Assembly: GCA_965227515.1 (NCBI GenBank) | Contig: CBDDFZ010000002.1 | Span: 576,001-640,000 of the forward strand | Direction: 5' to 3' | Source of the DNA: Alphaproteobacteria bacterium | GTDB lineage: Bacteria; Pseudomonadota; Alphaproteobacteria; CALKHQ01 | DNA length: 64,000 bases | Part shown: positions 1 to 9,951 of the stretch, piece after piece | Layout of the letters: each line of letters opens with the position of its first letter | How positions within the stretch are numbered: position 1 is the first letter of the stretch | Program-made: the position numbers and the translations under genes | Notes under the pieces: model-generated | Seen by the model: the letters and a program-made list of their open reading frames with translations, nothing else | Database searches by the model: none | What the model was told of the DNA's origin: nothing

Positions 1-246
1 GGGCTCGCGTTCGGCGACGTCGAGGAAGGAGGCCGGCGCCATCGGCACCACCGCAGCCTCGATCCGCCGCCAGATGCCGCGCGCCGCCGCCGAGGATATC
101 TGCTGGCCGACGATGATGCGCAGCAGCCCCTCGAACCCCGGCGGGTGGCTGCGGACCTCCGGCGGCGGGCCGTGGTCGGCCAGCACCGCGGCGACCTTGG
201 CGTCGCGTGCCGCGACCTCGTCGAGGCCGGCCAGCATTTGACTCAT
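1..246 (-). CDS. DNA-3-methyladenine glycosylase (AlkA/HhH-GPD family), N-terminal part; gene runs off the window edge
   Basis: Manual translation of the reverse strand: MSQMLAGLDEVAARDAKVAAVLADHGPPPEVRSHPPGFEGLLRIIVGQQISSAAARGIWRRI. The GFEGLLRIIVGQQIS-A-A-IW motif is typical of AlkA-family glycosylases. Not in the ORF track. Confidence 0.8.
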   Translation of the reverse strand, partial: MSQMLAGLDEVAARDAKVAAVLADHGPPPEVRSHPPGFEGLLRIIVGQQISSAAARGIWRRIEAAVVPMAPASFLDVAEREP

Positions 247-262
247 GGTCAGGCGCTCAGGC

Positions 263-1162
263 ATGAGCAGCGCCATGCCGCACACGACCCGGTTCGCGCC
301 AAGCCCGACCAACAATCTGCACCTGGGCCATGCCTTCAGCGCGTGGTTCGCGTGGGCAGCCGCCGACGTGGCCGGCGGCGGGCGGTTCCTGGTGCGGATC
401 GAGGACATCGACCGCGACCGCAGCCGGGATGAGTTCATCTCCTCCCAGCTCGCGGACCTGGCCTGGCTGGGCCTCGCCCACGAGACGCCGGTGCTGCGCC
501 AGTCCGACCGGATGGACGCCTATGGTGAGGCGTTGGCGCGGTTGCAGGCGGCGGGCGCGGTCTACCCCTGTTTCTGCTCGCGCAAGGATATCCAGCGCGA
601 GATCGAGGAGTCCGGGCGCGCGCCGCACCTGGACGGGATGGGGGCACCGATCTATCCGGGCACCTGCCGCCATCTGAGCGGGGCGGACCGCGCGGCGCGG
701 ATCGCGGCGGGAGAGGAGCATGCCTGGCGGCTCGATGCCGGCAAGGCGGTGGATCTCACCGGCGCGCTGACGTGGCAGGAAGAATCGCTCGGCCCGATGG
801 CCGTGAAGCCGGAGATCATGGGCGATGTGGTGCTGGCGCGGCGCGACCTTGCCACCAGCTACCACCTCGCCGTGGTGGTCGATGATGCGTTCCAGGGCGT
901 GACACTGGTGACGCGCGGGCGCGACCTGTTTCCCGCCACCCACGTGCACCGCCCGCTGCAGGCGCTGCTCGGGCTGCCGGTGCCGGCCTATCACCACCAC
1001 GACCTCGTCACCGGGCCGGACGGCCGTCGGCTCGCCAAGCGCGATGGGGCGGCCACCCTGCGCGAGATGCGCGCGGGCGGTGCGTCGCCGGCCGACGTGT
1101 GGGACCGGCTCGGCATTGCGGAGGGGGAGCGGCCGCCTGTTTCCAAGGGTGCCGGCACTTAA
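263..1162 (+). CDS. gluQ: Glutamyl-Q tRNA(Asp) synthetase
   Basis: TRFAPSPT, HLGH (HIGH-like), RIEDID, CFCSRK, YPGTCR, VVDD-QGVT-VTRG-DL, RLAKR; about 300 aa with no anticodon-binding domain. Start could be 245, 263 or 275. Confidence 0.92.
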   Translation: MSSAMPHTTRFAPSPTNNLHLGHAFSAWFAWAAADVAGGGRFLVRIEDIDRDRSRDEFISSQLADLAWLGLAHETPVLRQSDRMDAYGEALARLQAAGAVYPCFCSRKDIQREIEESGRAPHLDGMGAPIYPGTCRHLSGADRAARIAAGEEHAWRLDAGKAVDLTGALTWQEESLGPMAVKPEIMGDVVLARRDLATSYHLAVVVDDAFQGVTLVTRGRDLFPATHVHRPLQALLGLPVPAYHHHDLVTGPDGRRLAKRDGAATLREMRAGGASPADVWDRLGIAEGERPPVSKGAGT

Positions 1163-1173
1163 GCTACCTCTAT

Positions 1174-1265
1174 CGTCATGCCCGCACTTGTTGCGGGCAT
1201 CCACGTCTTGTTGGCCGCTCAAGCGGCCATTTTCGTGGATGCTCGGGTCAAGCCCGAGCATGACG
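1174..1265. repeat. Intergenic palindromic repeat, family A (REP/RPE-like, CGTCATG...CATGACG)
   Basis: Terminal inverted repeat with two hairpins, ATGCCCGCACTTGTTGCGGGCAT and ATGCTCGGGTCAAGCCCGAGCAT. Similar copies at 8801, 21672, 25137 and 29773. Confidence 0.9.
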
Positions 1266-1287
1266 GAAGAGGGTGGCAGCGACGGCA

Positions 1288-1848
1288 TCACTCGCCCGTG
1301 TAGTGGTCCGGCCAGTGCTTTTTCACGATCGGGCCGTCGGCGCTGAGCGCGTGGCAGGTGTTCACCGGCGTGCGGCGCACGTCGACCGTGCCGCTGGTGC
1401 CGCGCTCCTTATGCTCGCGGTGGCGGATCGGGTAGATGGTCTGGAACGCGGTGGTCGCAATCGGCCCCAGCAGCTCCAGCAGGTGGGTGCAGCCGTGGGC
1501 GCCGGAGAACAGCTCCTTGGTCTTCCTGGTCCAGCCGCGCGCGATGGTCAGGCCGACCAGCTTCTCGTAGGCCGGGGTGATCTGTGGGCAGATCTTGAAC
1601 GGGTTGGCGTCCATATGCGCCTCCACCCCGCGCACGATGAAGTCGTCGTCGATGGTCAGCCTGAGCCACATATCGTGCACCGGGTCGCCGGGCGCCATCG
1701 CGCCGCGTTCCTCGTTGGAAAACGCATAGGTCTTCTGGTCGACCAGGTGGCCCTCGATATCCCACAGCCCATCCGCCCGGCGGAACCCCTGGCAGGTGAC
1801 GGTGCGCGTGTGCAGGTGCTCGCGCGCGACGGGCTCGGACAGAGGCAT
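1288..1848 (-). CDS. DUF2889-family protein
   Basis: LHTR-V-C-GFRR-DGLWDIEGHL-D-K, HDM-LRL, GCTHL-ELL and TCHA motifs. Confidence 0.85.
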   Translation of the reverse strand: MPLSEPVAREHLHTRTVTCQGFRRADGLWDIEGHLVDQKTYAFSNEERGAMAPGDPVHDMWLRLTIDDDFIVRGVEAHMDANPFKICPQITPAYEKLVGLTIARGWTRKTKELFSGAHGCTHLLELLGPIATTAFQTIYPIRHREHKERGTSGTVDVRRTPVNTCHALSADGPIVKKHWPDHYTGE

Positions 1849-1900
1849 GAGGGGTCTCCTACTTGGTGAGCGCGTCCGCTCTGCACAGCAAAGATTTCAA

Positions 1901-2011
1901 CGTCATTGCGAGGAGCGCCGATCTCGGCGCGACGCGGCAATCCAGAGCAACACATCAACCGCAACGACAATCGCCTGAATCGCCACGGCGCATTCGCGCC
2001 TCGCGATGACG
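1901..2011. repeat. Intergenic palindromic repeat, family B (CGTCATTGCGAGG...CGCGATGACG)
   Basis: Close copy at 50291-50403; terminal inverted repeat with internal hairpins. Confidence 0.85.
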
Positions 2012-2020
2012 ACAGTTCGC

Positions 2021-2902
2021 TCAGAGCACATACAGCAATAGGGCGGGCAGCGTCAGAAACGAAATGGCGGTGGAGATCAGCACCATGCCGGCCACCTCCT
2101 CCGGCTCGCGGCCGTAGCGCTGGGCGAACAGGTAGTTGAACACCGCCACCGGCATGGTGCACTGGATGATCAGCACGCCGCCCTCGACATGGCCCAGGCC
2201 CAGCAGCCACGCCACCGCCACGCCGACACCGAAGCCCATGCCCAGCCGCACAACCGCCAGCAGGGCAGAGCGCGGCAGGCTGCGCAGCTTCAGCCGCGCC
2301 AGCGAGGCACCCAGCGTCATCAGCATCAGCGGAATGGTCAGGTCGCCGATCAGCTTGATGGTGCGGCCCGCCCACAGCGGGGTCTCGAACTCGGTCGCCA
2401 CCACCACCAGGCTGATGATCACCGACCAGATGATCGGCGCGCGGATCAGCCGCCAGGGCGAGAAGGTGCCCGATGCCAGCGCCACGCCGACCGTGAAGTT
2501 GCCCAGCGCGCCCATGGAGAAATAGGCGATACCGGCGGCCAGGCCCGGCTCGCCGAACGCGAACAGGCAGAGCGGCAGGCCCATGTTGCCGGAATTGGAG
2601 AACACCAGTGCCGGCAGATAGGCGCCCTGCGAGAACCGCAGGCTGGCCAGGATGGCGGCGCCGATGGCCAGCATGGCGCCGATGGCGATCAGCGCCGCGA
2701 TCATCATGTCTGTGAAGGCGCCGATGCCGAAGCTGGAGCCGGTCAGGGTGGCGAACACCAGCGACGGCGCGCCGATGTTGGTCGCCAGCGTGGTGACAAA
2801 CGCGGTGTCGTACGGCCGGCCCGACTTGGTCCAGGCAAAGCCGATCGCCGCGCACACGAAGACGGGCGCGATGATCGCGAACAGTTCTGCGGAGACGCTC
2901 AA
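2021..2902 (-). CDS. AEC (auxin efflux carrier / malonate permease) family transporter
   Basis: About 10 hydrophobic segments; NSGNMGLPL, IPLMLMTLG and MPVAVFNYLFA motifs. Confidence 0.88.
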   Translation of the reverse strand: MSVSAELFAIIAPVFVCAAIGFAWTKSGRPYDTAFVTTLATNIGAPSLVFATLTGSSFGIGAFTDMMIAALIAIGAMLAIGAAILASLRFSQGAYLPALVFSNSGNMGLPLCLFAFGEPGLAAGIAYFSMGALGNFTVGVALASGTFSPWRLIRAPIIWSVIISLVVVATEFETPLWAGRTIKLIGDLTIPLMLMTLGASLARLKLRSLPRSALLAVVRLGMGFGVGVAVAWLLGLGHVEGGVLIIQCTMPVAVFNYLFAQRYGREPEEVAGMVLISTAISFLTLPALLLYVL

Positions 2903-2942
2903 GGGGCGACGTTCAAGGCTGGGTGATGTCTCAGTCGGCTTC

Positions 2943-4265
2943 TCAGTCGGCGGCGGGCGGGGTCACGCGCAGCAGCGTCAGCCGGTTCTGCTGGCGGCGC
3001 AGGATTTCGAAGCGGAAGCCGTAGAATTCGAACACCTGCCCCGGCTTGGGAATGCGCCTGGCCTCGTGCAGCACCAGGCCCGCGACCGTGGCGGCGTCCT
3101 CGTCGGGCAGGCTCCAGTCGTATTCGCGGTTGATGTCGCGGATGGTGACGGTGCCGTTGACGATGAAGCTGCCGTCGGACTGGCGGCGCATGCCGCGCAC
3201 GAACGGGTCGTGCTCGTCGTCAATCTCGCCGACGATCTCCTCCAGGATGTCTTCCAGGGTCACCACGCCCATCAGCGAGCCGTACTCGTCGACCACCATG
3301 GCGATGTGCTCGCGGCGGCGGCGGAACTCCTGCAACTGGTGCAGCAGCTCGGTGGATTCCGGGATGAACCAGGGCGTGGCGGCCACCGATGCGATGTCCA
3401 GGGCCGGGGCGTCGTCCCCGTTGTTGGCGTCGTCCCCGTTTCGGGCGGCAGCCGCCTCGTGGGCGCGCAGGGCGCGGATCACGTCCTTGGCGTGCAGGAT
3501 GCCGATCACGTTGTCCGGGTCGTCCTTCCACATCGGCAGCCGGGTGTAGCGGCTGTTCAGCACCTGGGCCAGTATCTGTTCCGGCGGCTGGTCGGCGTCG
3601 ATGGTCTCCACCTCGCTGCGGTGGGTCATGATCTCCGAGACCTCGACGTCGGTCAGGTCCAGGATGCCGCGCAGCATGTTGCGCTCGTGCTCGACCTGGC
3701 GGTCGCCGCCGCCCTCGCTCGGCTCCTCGGCGGAGCCGTGCAGGTCGATGGCGCCGCGCAACTCCTCCTCGCTGTCACTCGACGTCAGGGTGCGCGACAT
3801 GGAGACGCCGAAGATGCCGAGGGTGGCGCGCACCACCACCTGGATGGCGGCCACCACCGGCGCCAGCGCGGCCACGATCGGCTTCATCACCGGCCCGACG
3901 ATCAGCGCCAGCCGGTCGGCGTGGTTGATAGCATAGCTCTTCGGCAGCACCTCGGCGAAGATCAGCACCATCACGGTCATCACCATGGCGGCATAGGCGG
4001 CGCCGGCCTCGGCGAACATGTCGACCAGTATGGCGGTCGCGAGTGCCGTGGCGACGATGTTGACGACATTGTTGCCCAGCAGGATGGCGCCGATCAGGCG
4101 CTCCGGCCGCTCCAGGAGCTGGTTCACGGCGGCCGCGCCCTTGCTGCCCTGCTGCTCCAGGCGGTGCATGCGGGCGCGGCTGACGGCGGTCATCGTGGTC
4201 TCCGATCCGGAGAACAAGGCTGACAGGACCAACAGGATGAAGATGGCGATGAGCGAGGCGATCAT
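2943..4265 (-). CDS. HlyC/CorC (CNNM: DUF21-CBS-CorC) family Mg/Co transport protein
   Basis: [26 protein letters not shown], CBS pair, [27 protein letters not shown], C-terminal CorC domain. Confidence 0.93.
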   Translation of the reverse strand: [440 protein letters not shown]

Positions 4266-4356
4266 CGTGGGGCATACCGTGGCTGGTGGTGAGAAGACGG
4301 AATCAGCATACGAATATTGTTAGCAACGCACGGGCCAGGCCCACAGCAGCCGAACG

Positions 4357-5484
4357 TCAAGCTGCGGCGGCGAGGCGCGTCAGGAGGGCGCGCAGCGTTT
4401 CGACCGGAACGTTGCGTGCCTGGTAGGCATCACCCAGGGCGTGCAGCAGGATGAACACGATCGTACCGGCGCTGACCTTCTTGTCGCGGCCCATGTGGTC
4501 GATGATCCGCTCCACGTCCCAGTTCCGGTCCGGCAGCACGGCGAGGGAGGCGGGCAGGCCCAGCTCGGCCAGGTGGCTGGCAACCCGCGCCTCGTCGGCG
4601 GCGGTGATCGGCTCCCCCATCGCGGCGGAGAGTGCCGTGGCCAGAACCATGCCGATGGCGACGCCCTCGCCATGTAGCAGGCGGCCATCGTAGCCGTACT
4701 CGGCCTCCAGCGCGTGGCCGAAGGTGTGGCCGAAGTTCAGCAAGGCGCGGCTGCCGCGCTCCTTCTCGTCGTCGGCGACGATCCGCGCCTTGGCGCGGCA
4801 GCTCACCGCCACGGCGTGGCGCAGGGCTGCGATGTCGCCGTCGACCACGGCGCGGCCGTTCGCCTCCAGCCACTCGAAGAAGCCGATATCGCCGATCAGC
4901 CCGTACTTCACCACCTCGGCATAGCCGGCCAGCCGCTCGCGGCGGGGCAGGGTGGCCAGCGCGGACAGGTCGGCCAGCACCAGCAGCGGCTGATGGAAGG
5001 CGCCGACAAGGTTCTTGCCGTTGCCGGCATTGATGCCGGTCTTGCCGCCGACGGAGCTGTCGACCTGGGCGAGCAGCGTGGTCGGCACCTGGATGAAGTC
5101 GATGCCGCGCAGCGCAATGGCAGCGGCGAACCCGGTCAGGTCGCCGACCATGCCGCCGCCAAGCGCGATCAGCACGGTCGACCGTTCGATGGGCAGGGCC
5201 AACAGGCGCTCGACCAGTTTCTCCAACTCCGCGAAGCACTTGGTGCCCTCGCCCGGTGGGATTTCCAGCAGCGGCGCATCGATGCCGCCCCTGGCCAGTC
5301 CGGTTTGCAGAGCGCCGCCGTGCAGCAGGGCCACGTTGTCGTCGCTGACGATCACCGCGTTGCGGCCGTTCAGCACCGGTGCCACGAACTCCGCGGCGTG
5401 CGTCAGCAGGTCAGGCCCGACGACGATGTCATAGCCACGGTCGCCGAGTGCCACGCGCACCGTTTCGATATCGGGGCTGGTCAT
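4357..5484 (-). CDS. aroB: 3-dehydroquinate synthase
   Basis: GGG-VGDLTGF, PTTLLAQVDSSVGGKTGIN, KNLVGAFHQP, LLNFGHTFGHA, LHGEGV. Confidence 0.97.
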   Translation of the reverse strand: MTSPDIETVRVALGDRGYDIVVGPDLLTHAAEFVAPVLNGRNAVIVSDDNVALLHGGALQTGLARGGIDAPLLEIPPGEGTKCFAELEKLVERLLALPIERSTVLIALGGGMVGDLTGFAAAIALRGIDFIQVPTTLLAQVDSSVGGKTGINAGNGKNLVGAFHQPLLVLADLSALATLPRRERLAGYAEVVKYGLIGDIGFFEWLEANGRAVVDGDIAALRHAVAVSCRAKARIVADDEKERGSRALLNFGHTFGHALEAEYGYDGRLLHGEGVAIGMVLATALSAAMGEPITAADEARVASHLAELGLPASLAVLPDRNWDVERIIDHMGRDKKVSAGTIVFILLHALGDAYQARNVPVETLRALLTRLAAAA

Positions 5485-6131
5485 GAAGTGAGGGCCTTTT
5501 CCGTCTTGGCCGGGGCCGCCTTGGGGCCGTTCACATAGGCCGCGAGCGCGCGCATCACTTCGTCGGCGGTGACCGACAGCGGCACGTCGCGGGACTCCAC
5601 CACGATATCGGCCTCGGCATAGACCGGATAGCGCTCGGCCATCAGGCGTTCCAGCACCGCGCGATGGTCCTGGTCCTTCAACAGCGGGCGGTTGGTGCGC
5701 CGTGCCACCCGGCGGACCAGCACGTCGCAGTCGGCGCGCAGCCAGATCGAGATGCCGCGCGCGCGGGTCGCCTCTCGGGTGCGGGGGTCCATCCAGGCGC
5801 CGCCGCCGGTGGCCAGCACGTGCGGGGGGTCGTCCAGCAGGCGTGCGATCACCCGCCGCTCGCCGTCGCGAAACACGGACTCGCCGTGGACCTCGAAGAT
5901 ATCGGCGATGGTGCAGCCGGCCGCCGCCTCGATTTCCTGGTCGGCGTCGACGAAGCTCAGCCCCAGCAGGTCGGCCAGCCGCCGCCCCACCGCCGTCTTG
6001 CCCGCGCCCATTAGGCCGACCATCACCAGCGTGCGGTCGAGATGCGCCGCGAGCCGGGAGGGATCTGGGGACTGTTCGCTCAAGTCATGCATAGGCGTAC
6101 TCGCGAAGGGCTTCACGCGGTTGGTTGTCAT
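5481..6131 (-). CDS. aroK: Shikimate kinase
   Basis: GLMGAGKT P-loop, FVDAD-EIE, ATGGG, RPLL; overlaps the aroB start. Confidence 0.95.
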   Translation of the reverse strand: MTTNRVKPFASTPMHDLSEQSPDPSRLAAHLDRTLVMVGLMGAGKTAVGRRLADLLGLSFVDADQEIEAAAGCTIADIFEVHGESVFRDGERRVIARLLDDPPHVLATGGGAWMDPRTREATRARGISIWLRADCDVLVRRVARRTNRPLLKDQDHRAVLERLMAERYPVYAEADIVVESRDVPLSVTADEVMRALAAYVNGPKAAPAKTEKALTS

Positions 6132-6273
6132 GTCCGTCGCCGGCGCGTTGAATGGCGGTCGGCCAGCCGTTACAGTCGGGGCAAGGCGATTCGGCCACGT
6201 GCGGTCCGTGAATGGGCCGCGCGGCGCCCCGGCTGCAGGGGCCTACCTTGCGCAGAATAGAGCAGGTGCCGAC

Positions 6274-6450
6274 GTGCGACAACGACAGCGCTTCGAGACA
6301 CGATCCAGCGGCGGCGGCGGATGGCGCTTCCTGCTGATCCTGCTGGTGCTGCTGATCGTGGGCGGCGGCGTGTTCCTCAGCCAGTGGGATATCGCGCCGC
6401 CGGAAGGCGAGATCGAGATTGTCATCCCCAACGACCGGTTCGTCAATTGA
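6274..6450 (+). CDS. Small single-TM membrane protein upstream of xerD
   Basis: GTG start; MRQRQRFETRSSGGGGWRFLLILLVLLIVGGGVFLSQWDIAPPEGEIEIVIPNDRFVN. Resembles the small ORF usually found between aroK and xerD in alphaproteobacteria. Confidence 0.7.
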   Translation: MRQRQRFETRSSGGGGWRFLLILLVLLIVGGGVFLSQWDIAPPEGEIEIVIPNDRFVN

Positions 6451-7456
6451 CGCCACCGCCCGGCGCGGTGCCAGTTCGAACGCACTTCGGGCCGGTGCCT
6501 TTCGCATAGAGGCGTTCCTGGAAATGATGGTGGCCGAGCGCGGGGCGTCGGCGAATACCGTCGCCGCCTATCGCCGCGACCTGGAGGGTTGTGCCGCCTT
6601 TGCCGCCGCGCGCGGGCTCAGCCTGGACGCGATGAGCGACCGCGACGTCCACGACTGGCGCGCGGCGATGGATGGCGAGGCGCTGTCGCCGCGGACCATC
6701 GCGCGACGGCTGTCGGCGGTGCGCCAGTTCAACCGCTATCTGATCAGCGAGGGCCATCGCGACGACGACCCCACCAACACGCTGGAAAGCCCGCGCCAGG
6801 TGCGCGCGCTGCCGAAGCTGTTGTCGGAAAGCGATGTCGATGCCCTGCTCCGCGCCGCAGCCGAGGTCGACGGCGATGCCGGGGTGCGGCTGACCGCGCT
6901 GATGGAGGTGCTGTACGCCACCGGGCTCAGGGTTTCGGAACTGGTGAACATGCCGTTGGGTGCTTTGGGCCGCGACGGCCGGGTGCTGACGGTGCGCGGC
7001 AAGGGCGACAAGGAGCGGATGGTGCCGCTGACCGAACCGGCCAGGCGGGCGCTGGCGGCCTATCTGGAGGTGCGGGACCGGTTCCTGCCGCCCGCCAAAG
7101 CGGGGGGCGACCGGCGTGCCAACCGTTGGATGTTCCCCTCGCGCCGGCGCGGCGGACAGCCGCTGACCCGCCAGCGCTTCGGGCAGATGCTGAAGGAGCT
7201 GGCCGCCAAGGCCGGCGTGGCGCCCAGCAAGGTGAGCCCCCATGTGTTGCGTCACGCCTTTGCCAGCCATTTGCTGGAGCATGGTGCCGACCTGAAGAGC
7301 GTGCAGCAGATGCTGGGTCATGCCGACATCTCCACCACCCAGATCTACACCCACGTGCTGGAGCACCGCATGCGCGCGCTGGTGGAGAACGCCCACCCGC
7401 TCAGCGGCGCGGTTTCCGGTCATCGGCCCTTGAGCGGCCGGGGCCGCGCTGTATAA
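6419..7456 (+). CDS. xerD: Site-specific tyrosine recombinase XerD
   Basis: AERGAS-NT-AY-RDL, LYATGLRVSELV, VRGKGDKERMVP, SPHVLRHAFASHLL, LGHADISTTQIYTHV; conserved aroK-xerD-accA synteny. Start uncertain. Confidence 0.92.
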   Translation: MSSPTTGSSIDATARRGASSNALRAGAFRIEAFLEMMVAERGASANTVAAYRRDLEGCAAFAAARGLSLDAMSDRDVHDWRAAMDGEALSPRTIARRLSAVRQFNRYLISEGHRDDDPTNTLESPRQVRALPKLLSESDVDALLRAAAEVDGDAGVRLTALMEVLYATGLRVSELVNMPLGALGRDGRVLTVRGKGDKERMVPLTEPARRALAAYLEVRDRFLPPAKAGGDRRANRWMFPSRRRGGQPLTRQRFGQMLKELAAKAGVAPSKVSPHVLRHAFASHLLEHGADLKSVQQMLGHADISTTQIYTHVLEHRMRALVENAHPLSGAVSGHRPLSGRGRAV

Positions 7457-7483
7457 GTGTCGCCGCGCAACCGGGAGAGCGAA

Positions 7484-7777
7484 ATGGCCGCCTACATCAT
7501 TGCCCGCAACAATGTCACCGACCCAGAGCAGTACGCGAAATACCGCGCCAAGGCGCCGGCCGCGATCGCGGCGTTCGGCGGCAAGTATCTGGCGCGCGGC
7601 GGCGCGGTCGAGTGCCTGGAGGGCCCCGGTGAGGACCGGCGCATGATCATCCTGGAGTTCCCGGACATGGAGACCGCGCGCAAGTTCTACCATTCCGAGC
7701 TGTACCAGGAGGCCAAGGCCCTGCGCGAGGGCGCGGCCGACAACCAGATCATCATCGTCGACGGCTACGACGGGTAG
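7484..7777 (+). CDS. DUF1330-family protein
   Basis: AYII---V-DPE-Y--Y, FGGKYLARGG, ILEFP----A--FY-S--YQ motifs. Confidence 0.88.
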   Translation: MAAYIIARNNVTDPEQYAKYRAKAPAAIAAFGGKYLARGGAVECLEGPGEDRRMIILEFPDMETARKFYHSELYQEAKALREGAADNQIIIVDGYDG

Positions 7778-7783
7778 GCAGCC

Positions 7784-8752
7784 ATGGCCCACGTCCGCCA
7801 CTTCCTGGAATTCGAGAAGCCGGTTGCCGAGCTTGAGGGCAAGATCGAGGAGTTGCGCCACGTCGCCAGCGACGGCGAGGTCAACATCGAAGAGGAGATC
7901 GGCAAGCTCCAGACCAAGGTGGAGCGCCAGCTCAAGGCGAGCTACGCCAAGCTGACCGCGTGGCAGAAAACACTGGTCGCGCGCCACCCGGAGCGGCCGC
8001 ACTTCGGCGACTATGTCGACCGCCTGATCGACGACTTCACGCCGCTGGCCGGCGACCGCAATTTCGGCGAGGACAGCGCGGTGATCGGCGGGCTAGGTCG
8101 GTTCGAGGGCCGCACGATCATGCTGATCGGCACCGAAAAGGGCAACGACACCGAAAGCCGGGTCAAGCACCGCTTCGGCGCCGGCAATCCGGAGGGGTAC
8201 CGCAAGGCGCGCCGGCTGATGGAGATGGCCGACCGGTTCTCGGTGCCCGTGCTCACGCTGGTCGATACCGCCGGCGCCTATCCCGGCATCGAGGCCGAGC
8301 AGCACGGCCAGGCCCAGGCGATCGCATCGTGCATCGAGACCTGCCTGGCGGTCCGGGTGCCGCTGATCAGCGTGATCATCGGCGAGGGCGGCTCGGGCGG
8401 CGCCATCGCGCTCGCCGTCGGCAACCAGGTGCTGATGCTGGAGCACTCGATCTATTCGGTGATCTCGCCGGAGGGCTGCGCGTCGATCCTGTGGCGCAGC
8501 GGCGACCAGGCGCAGGAGGCGGCGGACAATTTGAAGCTGACCGCGCAGGACCTGCTGGAGCTGAAGGTGATCGACGACATCATCCAGGAACCGCTGGGCG
8601 GCGCCCACCGCGAGCCGGACAGCGCCATCGACGCCGTCGGCAAGGCGATCGGCAAGGCGCTGCTGGAGGTCGAGGATCTGGACGGCGGCATCCTGCGCGC
8701 GCGCCGGCGCGAGAAGTTCCTGGCGCTGGGCCATTCCGCCGCGACGCATTGA
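7784..8752 (+). CDS. accA: Acetyl-CoA carboxylase carboxyltransferase alpha subunit
   Basis: LEFEKP, ARHPERP, PEGYRKA-RLM, DTAGAYPG, IGEGGSGGA, YSVISPEGCASILW. Confidence 0.97.
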   Translation: MAHVRHFLEFEKPVAELEGKIEELRHVASDGEVNIEEEIGKLQTKVERQLKASYAKLTAWQKTLVARHPERPHFGDYVDRLIDDFTPLAGDRNFGEDSAVIGGLGRFEGRTIMLIGTEKGNDTESRVKHRFGAGNPEGYRKARRLMEMADRFSVPVLTLVDTAGAYPGIEAEQHGQAQAIASCIETCLAVRVPLISVIIGEGGSGGAIALAVGNQVLMLEHSIYSVISPEGCASILWRSGDQAQEAADNLKLTAQDLLELKVIDDIIQEPLGGAHREPDSAIDAVGKAIGKALLEVEDLDGGILRARRREKFLALGHSAATH

Positions 8753-8800
8753 ATCTCAAGGCGTCGTCGTCAGTTCCATTCGCGGCAAATCAACCTTTTT

Positions 8801-8915
8801 CGTCATGCCCGCACTTGTGGAGCCTGTCCTCGGACTTGTTCCGAGGAGGCATCCACGAGATGGCCGCAAAGCGGCCAAAAAGGCGTGGATGGTCGGGACA
8901 AGCCCGACCATGACG
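8801..8915. repeat. Family A palindromic repeat carrying a nested extra hairpin
   Basis: CGTCATGCCCGCACTTGTG[GAGCCTGTCCTCGGACTTGTTCCGAGG]AGGCATCCACG...CGTGGATGGTCGGGACAAGCCCGACCATGACG. Confidence 0.9.
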
Positions 8916-9074
8916 TGGTTGTTCTGTCTTATGTGCCTGCGAAGCGATATGGCCGTTACACGCGGAAACGATGTCCAGATCGGGCTGCGAGCGGCCGATT
9001 GCCTGTGGGCATTCTGGCCGCGCGATGCTTTGATGGGCGGGTCATAACAAGACCACGAGATTCAGGGAGGTAGC

Positions 9075-9797
9075 ATGTCCAGACTGGCAGTCGTCACCGG
9101 TGGTACCCGTGGCATCGGCGCCGCCATTTGCACCGGTCTGAAGGATGCCGGCTACAAGGTGGCCGCGTCCTACGCCGGCAACGACGACGCGGCGAACGCG
9201 TTCAAGGAGGAGACCGGCATTCCGGTCTACAAGTTCGACGTGTCGGACTTCGAGGCCTGCACGGCCGCCGTCGCCAAGATCGAGGCCGACAATGGCCCGG
9301 TGGAAATCCTGATCAACAATGCCGGCATCACCCGCGACGGCACGATGCACAAGATGAGCCACGAGATGTGGCAGTCGGTCATCGACACCAACCTGGGCTC
9401 CTGCTTCAACATGAGCCGCGCGGTGATCGAAGGCATGCGCGAGCGCAAGTTCGGCCGCATCGTCAACATCGGCTCGATCAACGGCCAGGCCGGCCAGTAC
9501 GGCCAGGTGAACTATGCCGCCGCCAAGTCGGGCATCCACGGCTTCACCAAGGCGCTGGCGCAAGAGGGTGCGCGCGCCGGCATCACGGTGAACGCCATCG
9601 CGCCGGGCTACATCGACACCGACATGGTGCGCTCGGTGCCGGAAGCGGTGCTGGAGAAGATCGTCGCCCGCATCCCGGTGGGCCGCCTCGGCAAGGCCAG
9701 CGAGATCGCGCGCGCCGTGCAGTTCCTGGTGTCCGACGACGCCGGCTTCATCACCGGCTCGACCATGTCGGTAAACGGCGGCCAGCATATGTATTGA
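9075..9797 (+). CDS. phbB: Acetoacetyl-CoA reductase (SDR)
   Basis: VTGGTRGIG, NNAGITRD, SINGQAGQYGQVNYAAAK, C-terminal NGGQHMY. Confidence 0.92.
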   Translation: MSRLAVVTGGTRGIGAAICTGLKDAGYKVAASYAGNDDAANAFKEETGIPVYKFDVSDFEACTAAVAKIEADNGPVEILINNAGITRDGTMHKMSHEMWQSVIDTNLGSCFNMSRAVIEGMRERKFGRIVNIGSINGQAGQYGQVNYAAAKSGIHGFTKALAQEGARAGITVNAIAPGYIDTDMVRSVPEAVLEKIVARIPVGRLGKASEIARAVQFLVSDDAGFITGSTMSVNGGQHMY

Positions 9798-9817
9798 GGC
9801 GGTTGCCACACTAGTCT

Positions 9818-9937
9818 CGTCGTCCTCGCCCCTGTGGCGAGGACCTATTCGTGGGCAGGGTCTGCCGGCTTGGCTGTTTGGGCACCGACCGAGTCTGCAA
9901 CATCAATGGGCCCTCGGCACGGGGGCCGAGGGCGACG
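9818..9937. repeat. Palindromic element related to family A (CGTCGTCCTCG...CGAGGGCGACG)
   Basis: Same two-hairpin plus terminal-IR architecture: GTCCTCGCCCCTGTGGCGAGGAC and GCCCTCGGCACGGGGGCCGAGGGC. Confidence 0.7.
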
Positions 9938-9951
9938 GTAACGGGAACCGC

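Noticed and set aside
6419-7456. Tyrosine recombinase as a prophage or island integrase
   Set aside because: Motifs and the aroB-aroK-xerD-accA synteny identify housekeeping XerD; no att sites or phage genes seen.
9075-9797. phbB without an adjacent phbA as a novel pathway
   Set aside because: Stand-alone phbB copies are common and nothing else here is unusual.
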